This document shows, in pieces, positions 1 to 13,316 of a stretch of DNA of 15,903 nt. Numbering within the stretch: position 1 is the first letter of the stretch; every line of letters starts with the position of its first letter. The DNA is taken from NCBI GenBank assembly GCA_964016885.1, contig CAXHJY010000815.1, forward strand, positions 1-15,903, in the 5' to 3' direction. The notes beneath the pieces were generated by a model. The model worked only from the letters and a program-made list of their open reading frames with translations, was not told the origin of the DNA and did no database searches. Source of the stretch: Eledone cirrhosa (Eukaryota). The position numbers were made by a program, and so were the translations under genes.

Positions 1-717
1 ATATATAATATATATATATATATAATATATATATAATATATAATATATATATAATATATAATATATATATAATATATAATACATATATAATATATATATA
101 TATAATATATAATACATATATAATATATATATATAATATATAATAAATATATATAATATATATATAATATATAATACATATATATAATATATATATAATA
201 TATAATACATATATATAATATATATATATATAATATATAATACATATATATAATATATATATATAATATATAATATATATAATACATATATATAATACAA
301 ATATATAATATATATATATAATATATATATATAATATATATATATAATATATATATATAATATATATATATAATATATATATATAATATATATATATATA
401 TAATATATATATAATATATAATACATATAAAATACATATATATAATATATATATATAATACATATATATAATATATATATATAATATATATATATAATAC
501 ATATATATAATATATATATATATATAATATATATATATATATAATATATATATATAATACATAGATATAATATATATATATATATAATATATATATATAT
601 ATATAATATATAATACATATATATAATACATATATATATAATATATAATACATATATATAATACATATATAATACATATATATAATACATATATATAATA
701 TATATATATATATATAA
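1..717. repeat. Interrupted (TA)n microsatellite array with (TA)nA units and TAATACAT variants; abuts the 3' end of the PLE
   Basis: Direct reading: almost only TA dinucleotides, with periodic AA interruptions and occasional C. Confidence 0.97.
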
Positions 718-775
718 ATTATTAAAAAAATAATGAATAAACAAAGAAACAGTTCCTTATATTAAACAAAAAAGT

Positions 776-917
776 TCATTATTTTACGATCGTTTCTAGG
801 ACATAAAATATGTTAGAATAGGTATGCATATTCAAAAGATCTATGTACAAAATTATACAAACTCTCAGAGAGAATATACATACCTTCACATATATATGCT
901 GTCTTCAGAAATAATGA
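776..917 (-). ncRNA. Type I hammerhead ribozyme (short palindromic stem III, PLE type) with extended stem II
   Basis: Minus strand reads UCAUUAUUU-CUGAAGA-[105 nt]-GAAAC-GAUC-GUA-AAAUAAUGA. This gives a 9-bp stem I (917-909 with 784-776), the CUGANGA box (908-902), the GAAA box (796-793), a 2-bp stem III with a palindromic GAUC loop, and a GUA cleavage triplet (cut between 785 and 784). Confidence 0.8.
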
Positions 918-1035
918 TGCTAGTTTATTGATAATAACGACAATTCAAAATAATAGGTCTGTTTGGGAATAGATTTTAAATAGACCAATGAAATAAGGAT
1001 TGAGATACATAAAATTTTATCAAGAAAATACAGTT

Positions 1036-1186
1036 AGGTGTGTGTATATATGTATGTAAATACGCTCACAGATGTGCATAAAATTGTATGCCCATATGTA
1101 TACGTATATTGAAAAGTGTATGTAAATATAAAAATTTAGGGCTAATGTGTCTATATGTCTATAATCAACAGACAGAATATTTATAT

Positions 1187-1259
<73 letters not shown>

Positions 1260-1767
1260 TACATATTATTATAAATATATGGATATTGAGGCGCTCACAT
1301 AAACACGCCCACACACACTTACATTTAGATGCGGAAGTAAGAGAGGTAAGGGAGTATAGTAATTAAAGGAAAGTGTCAATCTCGACATACTTATAAAAGT
1401 GTATCAATAAAATTAGAAATAAAAAAAAAATGTTTATATAGAAGGAAAAAACTCAAAAAAAGGAAACAAAAAAAGACAAAAAAGACAAAAGGGGTGGGGG
1501 GGTACGTACATACACAGACACGCATGTCTCACAAAAGAAATATAAAAAAACATAAAAGAGAGACATAAAATATACATGCTTATATACACACGCACATTTA
1601 CACTTCCATACATTCGATACATACATACGTACACACACACACATACACATACTTACATTCACGCATATTGACCTGTTTGTATGTACACACATAAAAATAA
1701 GTAAAACATATACCCATACATATAAATATACACCCATATACATATATATATATATACACCCATATAC

Positions 1768-1823
<56 letters not shown>

Positions 1824-2100
1824 CCATGTATATAAACACAACCACACACACACACTCAGACATACATATATATAGAGACATACACACCCATATATATATA
1901 TATTCACACAGTCAGACACATATACACATATATACACATACATACACACATCTCTACACATACATATACATACACATACATACATACATATACATATATA
2001 TATATATATATATACACATACACATACATACGCACATATGTATTTTTATACTCACATACAAACACACAAACATACATACACACTTACATACACATACACA
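1036..2100. repeat. Compound CA/TA/TACA microsatellite-rich low-complexity tract inside the putative PLE 3' region
   Basis: (CA)n(TA)n blocks at ~1185-1262 and ~1620-2100, and A-rich stretches at ~1420-1570. Confidence 0.9.
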
Positions 2101-3124
2101 CATCCATGCTTACAAATACAAATAATTATGGGGGGGGGGGGGGTGATTAAAATTATTAGTGGGAAATAGTAAATATATAGGTTTCAAGGAACATAGAATA
2201 TTAATCTGCAGTTAAATCATTATATGTGTTTACATATTGGTATCAGTTTAAGGAAATGGTATTTGTAAGAAGGAAGGCTAAATTATGTATTTTAAATAAG
2301 TAGAATATTAATTATAGGTTAACTAAAATAAAAATAGTTAATATATTAATTTCTAAGGTGTATACTAATTAGGTTTATAATATTTAAAGCGGAATTTTGA
2401 AGTTAAACAGTAGTAGAGTATTAATTATAGCATAACTAAATAAAAATAATTACAAATATTTACATGATGGTATCAATTTTAGGAAATGAATTTTGTAAGA
2501 GGGAAAAATTATGTATTTTAATATAAGTAGAATATTAATTATAGGTTAACTAAAATAAAAATAGTTAATATATTAAATTCTAAGGTGTATACTAATTAGG
2601 TTTATAAAATTTAAAGCGGAATTTTGAAGTTAAACAGTAGTAGAGTATTAATTATAGCATAACTAAATTAAAAATAATTACATATAATTACATGATGGTA
2701 TCAATTTTAGGAAATGAATTTTGTAAGAGGGAAAGCCAAATTAAGTATTTCATCGGTAGTAGATTATAGGTTAACTAAATTAAAAATTATATATTAATTT
2801 CTATAGTATATGTTAATTACGTTCATAATAATTAAAGCAAAATTTTGTATTTTATCTATAGTAGAATTTTAATTATAGGTTAACTAAATTAAAATTAATC
2901 TATATATTAATTTGTAAAGTGTATATTAATTAGGTATATATTTAAAAGTTTTTCTCAGTTTATGATTACACGATATTCTGCAATCCATCTGTATTAGAAT
3001 TTTAATTATAAGCTAACTAAATTAAAATTATAGGTTAACTAAATTAAAATTAATTTATATATTAATTTCTAAATTGTATATTAATTAGGTTTATAATATT
3101 AAAAAGTATTTCTCCGTTTTTAAT
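1995..3124 (+). repeat. Left arm of ~1.13-kb inverted repeat (part of PLE 3' UTR)
   Basis: Reverse complement of 6130-7260 with only scattered differences, e.g. poly-G at 2130-2143 versus the C-run at ~7111-7124. The inner junction is ...TCTCCGTTTTTAAT at 3124. Confidence 0.95.
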
Positions 3125-3435
3125 TACACGATATTTTGTTGTATTTCATCTGTAAAAGAATTTTAATAATAGGTTAAATAAACTAAAATTAATCTATATA
3201 TTAATTTCCAAAGTATATATTAATTAGGTTAATAATATTTAAATATTTTTCACAGTTTATGATTATACGATATTTTTTAATTTCATCTGTAGTAGAATTT
3301 TAATTAAATTAAAATTATAGGTTAACTACATTAAAATTAATTTATATATTAATTTCTAAAATATATATTATTAATTAGGTTTATAATATTTAAATGTTTT
3401 TCTCAGTTTATGATTACACGATATTATTAATTCCT
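2230..3435. repeat. Degenerate AT-rich tandem repeat derived from the ORF C-terminus/stop region
   Basis: The TAATTAGGTTTATAATATTTAAA-like motif recurs at ~2366, 2593, 2814, 2927, 3082, 3221 and 3372 (the ORF stop). A near-perfect ~227-bp tandem duplication spans ~2230-2740. ATTATAGGTTAACTAAA also recurs throughout. Confidence 0.9.
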
Positions 3436-5819
3436 GTCGCTTATTTAATAGGATATCCTTAGATTTCATTATTTCAAATAGTTCTTGGGAACACAATCTA
3501 CATTCATTTCTATTATTTTGATAAGGGGTGGCTCTTTTGAGCACACTCCAGGTCATATCATATTCTATATTCTTATTTCTATAACTATTAATTTTTTCTG
3601 CTAGAGATGTTGTATTAGCCAGCGCGGCATTTTTAAAACTATGTTTGTGGGTATTAAACCTTACCTTAAAATTGTTAGAAGTAGCTCCTATATATGAGCA
3701 AATAGAATCCTTAGTTTTAACTTTACATTTATATACTATGTTGTTAACAAGACAATTTCCTTTTAATGGGCAGTTTGCCTTGTTTCTACAGTTACAACCT
3801 TTCGTTAATTCTGTATTTGAGGAGATACTATGGCTAGTTTGATGTACTGGTGGTATACTTATGGTTTTTTTACATTTATATGCATTATAGGCACTTATAT
3901 TTTGTTTTATGTTTTTGGTTGAGTATGAGAATTTAACTGTTGATCTATTTAAGATTTGATGGTATTTGTGGTTTGGCGGGAAGTTTTTCTCTAGGATATT
4001 AAACATTTTTTTAGGTATATTATCCTTAATTTGTAAATTAAATGGAGCATTATACCAAGTAACTCGTCTATTACGGTTTCTATGTTGTTTATTGTTTTTA
4101 TAGGATGCATCCTGATGTTTACTAGGAGGATTATTGTTAATGACCTCTCCACGCACATTTTTAGTTAGATTTATTGATTTAGGTGTTTTAGCTTGTTTAT
4201 TAGGAGTTTTATTATTAACATTTATTAGAGTTGTATGATGAGTAGTTTTTTGAGAGTTACTATACTTTATATTAGAGGAGTTAGAGAAATTTGGTTTTAT
4301 GTTGGTATTTTGGGGTATAGTGTGAGTGGCATTTAGGTGTGTACGTTTCATTTGGTGTTTGTTGGTAATATTAGGTTGTATGTTTATAGTGTTATTGGTA
4401 GAAGGTATATATTCCAATCTATTTTTGTGGCCACTTCTAGCTAGAGCTTCGTTATAGAAGGTCGCATTTTTATCAAATACATCTTGGTTAGACGAAAGGT
4501 TAGAAATTCTAAGTGATATATTATATGCAAGGTGTTTAAGGATAGATTTAGGGTGATTAGATTGTGAGTGTATGTAGTGTAAGTTTTGGTTGGGTTTATG
4601 GTAAGGTTGGTAGATACCCGTAGCCAAGTCTAAAGTTATATCTAGGAAATTAACTACTTTTCTTGTGTTTTCAAAAGTAATATCTAGACTATAATAGTCT
4701 TTAAGGAAAGTTCTAATAAGCTTTTTGTTTTTTTCTATTCCTGAGAGGCTAAGGTTGTTGGAAAGAAGAAGACAGTCATCACGATATATACCACCTTTAA
4801 GGTGGGGGAAAGGAAGCATTTATGTTAAAAAGAAGAAAGAGGCCCACAAGATCAGTAATTTGGGCAGAATCGCTTGAGCCCATAGTATTATCAAATAGAT
4901 TACTATATGTGTTTCTGGTCCAGTATTCATTCTGAAATTCAATAAGTGTTTGTCTAGCATGTGTAATAATATCAATGTCATCCAAAGTTAAGTTAGATCT
5001 ATTTTTAGCAAATATCAAAGCTTTGTTCAGGAGTATAGGTGATATAGAAGAATAGTAATTATCTATATCAAATTGTAGAAATGAAGCAGAAGATTTACAT
5101 CTAATATTATTAAACCAGTTAATTACCTGGGAAGTGTTTTCCCAGAGTGGTAAATTAACATGTTTTCTTATATGTGGGATGACTCTATCTAAAATTTTTT
5201 TGCTAATTATTCCAATATCTGATTTGGAGGGACATATAAGTCTTATAGAAGGATTAGAGTTAAAGTTTGATTTATGATCTTTCAGGTTGAAGTGTGGTCT
5301 TTTCAATGCCAAAGGTTCAGTTCTATCTTCAATATTTAGTTTATTCACTATGTTGTGTGTTTTGTTGTTGATGTTGGTGAGTGACGCATTAGTTTTTCTA
5401 TAATTTTTCCTGAGTTCTTTATATATGAACTCATTGTAATTTTCAATATCCATGTGATATAGGTTTCCAGTTTTGTCCGAGTGGACATGGATTTTATTAG
5501 ATTTTTTTAGGTCCAATAGGGTAGAGTCAAGGTCCTTTTGAAAGATAGATTTATACTTCTTAAATTTGAGGTGTTTAATTAAATTAAAAAGGTCTTTCTC
5601 AAAGTTTTCAAGTAGAGAGTTGTGTGGTGGATTCTTGTAAGTAGTGAAATCATACATATATTTCCTATCTGCATATTTAGATTTTTTATCGAAGTGGTAT
5701 GCCCTCCATCTGACTCTTCTGATAAATTGGTTAGTTTTCTGTATCATAAGGAGTAAGAAATCATCCTTAGAAGGTACTGGTATATTCTTTAAAGAAGTTC
5801 CCAAGTATTGTTTTTCCAT
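3371..5819 (-). pseudogene. PLE polyprotein (reverse transcriptase + Cys-rich linker + GIY-YIG endonuclease), ~815 aa, split by one +1 frameshift near 4804-4811
   Basis: ORF 4797-5840: SLKNIPVPS, FIRRVRWRAY, HSDKTGNLY, IRLICPSKSDIG, QFDIDNYYSSI, FDNTMGSSDSAQITDLVGLF. ORF 3371-4819: GGIYRDD, VNFLDITLDL, SNHPKSI, RRVTWYNAPF, CNCRNKANCPLKGNC, IVY...YIG, FKVRFNTH, CRLCSQE, LLNKRQE, CNH. Removing one C from the CCCCC run fuses them as ASFP-HLKGGIYRDD. The first ATG is at 5819. Confidence 0.92.
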
Positions 5820-6129
5820 TGTGATATGGATAATGGACAAGAGAAAGAGCTCAACTATTTGTATATGGAGTTATAAAGTCATACATATACATATACGTAA
5901 ATATAAAATTTACACACACATATATATAACTTTTACACACATATACAATACAAAAATAAGAATATTTCCGTGAAAATAGGAGCAAATTATGTAGATAAAT
6001 CTACCAAAAGTTTACAGTAGTGTCCAATCCGTATGAAGAACTCAATGTAATCCGGATATCATGAAAAGAAGAGATGCATTCAAAAATCACTTTCGGTGAA
6101 AGATAAACGGAAAACAGTCAAGATAAATT

Positions 6130-7249
6130 ATTAAAAACGGAGAAATACTTTTTAATATTATAAACCTAATTAATATACAATTTAGAAATTAATATATAAA
6201 TTAATTTTAATTTAGTTAACCTATAATTTTAATTTAGTTAGCTTATAATTAAAATTCTAATACAGATGAAATGCAGAATATCATGTAATCATAAACTGAG
6301 AAAAACTTTTAAATATATACCTAATTAATATACACTTTACAAATTAATATATAGATTAATTTTAATTTAGTTAACCTATAATTAAAATTCTACTATAGAT
6401 AAAATACAAAATTTTGCTTTAATTATTATAAACCTAATTAACATATACTATAGAAATTAATATATAATTTTTAATTTAGTTAACCTATAATCTACTACCG
6501 ATGAAATACTTAATTTGGCTTTCCCTCTTACAAAATTCATTTCCTAAAATTGATACCATCATGTAATTATATGTAATTATTTTTAATTTAGTTATGCTAT
6601 AATTAATACTCTACTACTGTTTAACTTCAAAATTCCGCTTTAAATTTTATAAACCTAATTAGTATACACCTTAGAATTTAATATATTAACTATTTTTATT
6701 TTAGTTAACCTATAATTAATATTCTACTTATATTAAAATACATAATTTTTCCCTCTTACAAAATTCATTTCCTAAAATTGATACCATCATGTAAATATTT
6801 GTAATTATTTTTATTTAGTTATGCTATAATTAATACTCTACTACTGTTTAACTTCAAAATTCCGCTTTAAATATTATAAACCTAATTAGTATACACCTTA
6901 GAAATTAATATATTAACTATTTTTATTTTAGTTAACCTATAATTACTATTCTACTTATTTAAAATACATAATTTAGCCTTCCTTCTTACAAATACCATTT
7001 CCTTAAACTGATACCTATATGTAAACACATATAATGATTTAACTGCAGATTAATATTCTATGTTCCTTGAAACCTATATATTTACTATTTCCCACTAATA
7101 ATTTTAATCACCCTCCCCCCCCCCAAATAATTATTTGTATTTGTAAGCGTGGATGTGTGTATGTGTATGTAAGTGTGTATGTATGTTTGTGTGTTTGTAT
7201 GTGAGTATAAAAATACATATGTGCGCATGAATATGTATGTGTATGTGTA

Positions 7250-7260
<11 letters not shown>
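6130..7260 (-). repeat. Right arm of ~1.13-kb inverted repeat (inverted 3'-UTR copy upstream of the PLE ORF)
   Basis: Starts ATTAAAAACGGAGAAATAC at 6130 (reverse complement of sequence ending at 3124) and merges into (TA)n at ~7250-7260. Confidence 0.95.
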
Positions 7261-11125
<3,865 letters not shown>

Positions 11126-11225
11126 CTTAGTCGATCGACTTTCGTCAAATCGGACCGAGGAAACTATGTTTCCGTTGGTCTTTCCAATTGCTAATACTAT
11201 CTATCGGTCGCAACTCCAGGTAGAA

Positions 11226-11346
11226 GGAGCAACGTGAAATAAAGTGTCTTGCTCAAGGACATAACGCATCGCCTGGTTCAGGAATCGAACTCACAACCTC
11301 ACGATTGTGAATCCAATACTCTAACCACTCAGCCACACGCCTTCAC
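11226..11346 (-). mobile_element. tRNA-derived SINE 5' part (Pol III head plus start of a conserved central domain), 3'-truncated
   Basis: Minus strand: A box TGGCTGAGTGG (11335-11325) and B box GTTCGATTCC (11290-11281), followed by GTCCTTGAGCAAGACACTT, which resembles the start of CORE/V/Meta-type SINE domains. Confidence 0.85.
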
Positions 11347-11358
11347 AATATATATAAA

Positions 11359-11403
<45 letters not shown>

Positions 11404-11706
11404 TATAATATATATAATATATATATATAATATATATATATATAATATATATAATGTATATAATGTATATATATATATAATATATATATATAATATATAT
11501 AATATATATATAATATATATATATAATATATATATATAATATATATATATAATATATATATATAATGTATATAATATATATATATATATATAATATATAT
11601 AATATATATATACATATATATTGTATATAATATATATATACATATAATATATATATACATATATATATATAATATATATAATATATATATACATATAATA
11701 TATATA

Positions 11707-11737
<31 letters not shown>

Positions 11738-11797
11738 ATATATATATATTTAATATATAATATATATATATATAATATATATATATTTAAAATATAT

Positions 11798-11832
<35 letters not shown>

Positions 11833-11876
11833 ATATATATATATTTAATATATAATATATATATATATATATATTA
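11347..11876. repeat. Interrupted (TA)n array
   Basis: Direct reading. Confidence 0.95.
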
Positions 11877-12107
11877 CCGATGGGTGAAGAAGTGCCAGGA
11901 AATGCCAGTTGAAGGAAGACGTGGTAGAGGTAGACCACGAAAAACATGGGCGGAGGTGGTGAGAACAGACCTCAGATCATTGAAGCTCACGGTGGAGATG
12001 ACGAGGGACCGTGACGAGTGGAGAGATGGAGAGATGCTGTGCTGAATAAGACCCGTCCCACCCTTGCAAGCAGGGAAAAGCGGACGTAAAATGATGATGA
12101 TGATGAT
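11877..12107 (+). mobile_element. 5'-truncated RTE-clade LINE 3' end with (GAT)n tail
   Basis: Translates RWVKKCQEMPVEGRRGRGRPRKTWAEVVRTDLRSLKLTVEMTRDRDEWRD, homologous to the C-terminus of the 13317-15389 ORF (CRALEVDGNRGVGRPKMTWDEVIKADL...MTHDRDFWR). An 8-bp duplication GGAGAGAT at 12020-12035 shifts the frame. The fragment ends CGGACGTAAAA(TGA)n. Confidence 0.9.
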
Positions 12108-12199
12108 ATAATATATATATATATAAAATATATATATATATAATATATATATATTTAAAATATATAATATATATATATATATATATAATATATATATAT

Positions 12200-12238
<39 letters not shown>

Positions 12239-12263
12239 TAATATATATATATATATATTTAAA

Positions 12264-12301
<38 letters not shown>

Positions 12302-12333
12302 AAATATATAATATATATATATATATATATAAT
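12108..12333. repeat. Interrupted (TA)n array with TATTTAAAATA variants
   Basis: Direct reading. Confidence 0.95.
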
Positions 12334-12491
12334 ATCATCATCAACGTTTAACGTCCGTGTTCCACGCTTGCATGGGTTTGGACGGGGGTAGTCCCACTTG
12401 AGGCAAGAGTGATTGTCTTGCTCGCATAGGACTGTCTGGCAGGTTTTCTACAGTTGGATGCCCTTCCTAACAACAACCACATTTACAGTGT

Positions 12492-12494
<3 letters not shown>
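12334..12494 (-). mobile_element. SINE 3' half (RTE-type 3' tail, (GAT)n), 5'-truncated
   Basis: Minus strand: CACTGTAAATGTGGTTGTTGTTAGGAAGGGCATCCAACTGTAGAAA...CCGTCCAAACCCATGCAAGCGTGGAACACGGACGTTAAACGTTGATGATGAT. It is homologous to 13013-13200. Confidence 0.82.
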
Positions 12495-12577
<83 letters not shown>

Positions 12578-12794
12578 TAATATATATATATAATATATAT
12601 AAAATATATATAATATATATATATATATATAATATATATATATTTAAAATATATAATATATATATATAATATATATATATATAAAATATATATATTTAAA
12701 ATATATAATATATATATATAATATATATATATATATAAAATATATAATATATATATATATATAAAATATATATATATATAAATATATATAATAT

Positions 12795-12841
<47 letters not shown>

Positions 12842-12890
12842 TATATTTAAAATATATAATATATATATATAATATATATATATATATAAA

Positions 12891-12925
<35 letters not shown>

Positions 12926-13012
12926 AAAATATATATATATATAATATTATATATATATATAATATATATAAAATATATAATATATATAATATATATAAAA
13001 TATATAATATAA
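12495..13012. repeat. Interrupted (TA)n array with TAAAATA/TATTTAAAATA variants
   Basis: Direct reading. Confidence 0.95.
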
Positions 13013-13275
13013 ATCATCATCATCATCATCATCATCACCGTTTTACGTCCGTTCTTCCACGCTAGCATGGGTTAGACGGGTTGTCCTGTTGTGGGCAGTG
13101 TCTGGTCGGCTGACCATGCCTTGCTCATACAGGAACTGATCTGGCTTGATTTCTACAGCTGGATGCCCTTCCTAACACCAACCTCATTTACAGTGAGTGC
13201 TGGGTGCTTTTTCGTGGCGCCTACACGTCGACTTTACAGTGTGGGCTGGGTGCTTTTTTGCCGTGGCACCTCCAC
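13013..13275 (-). mobile_element. SINE 3' half of the same family as 12334-12494, directly downstream of the long LINE ORF; (GAT)8 tail
   Basis: Contains GTTAGGAAGGGCATCCAGCTGTAGAAA, the 3' tail CCGTCTAACCCATGCTAGCGTGGAAGAACGGACG, and (ATC)8 at 13013-13036. A duplicated module lies at 13187-13221 and 13233-13270. Confidence 0.78.
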
Positions 13276-13316
13276 GACCACCTTGCGGTGGGGGGGGGGC
13301 ATATTATTTATATGCT

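Noticed and set aside
955-987. Hairpin GGTCTGTTTGGGA...TTTTAAATAGACC upstream of the hammerhead
   Set aside because: It depends on G.U pairs that work only on the antisense strand, so support is too weak.
1020-2125. Seven short ORFs rich in Y/I/H/T/V/C
   Set aside because: They are translations of CA/TA microsatellites.
2230-3435. CRISPR-like or retron/DGR-like array next to an RT
   Set aside because: The intervening segments are homologous to each other rather than unique spacers, unit lengths are irregular, no cas genes are present, and the context is eukaryotic.
3371-3800. Selenocysteine recoding as reported for some Naiad PLEs
   Set aside because: There is no in-frame UGA, all conserved positions are Cys codons, and I saw no convincing SECIS downstream.
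5841-6129. Second hammerhead or direct pseudo-LTR in the PLE 5' region
   Set aside because: No CUGANGA box on the sense strand and no match to 718-1400. Only small hairpins are present (GTAGATAAATCTAC, TCACTTTCGGTGA), which could be chance.
11270-11346. Functional tRNA gene
   Set aside because: A and B boxes are present, but the acceptor stem does not pair well and the sequence continues into a SINE central domain.
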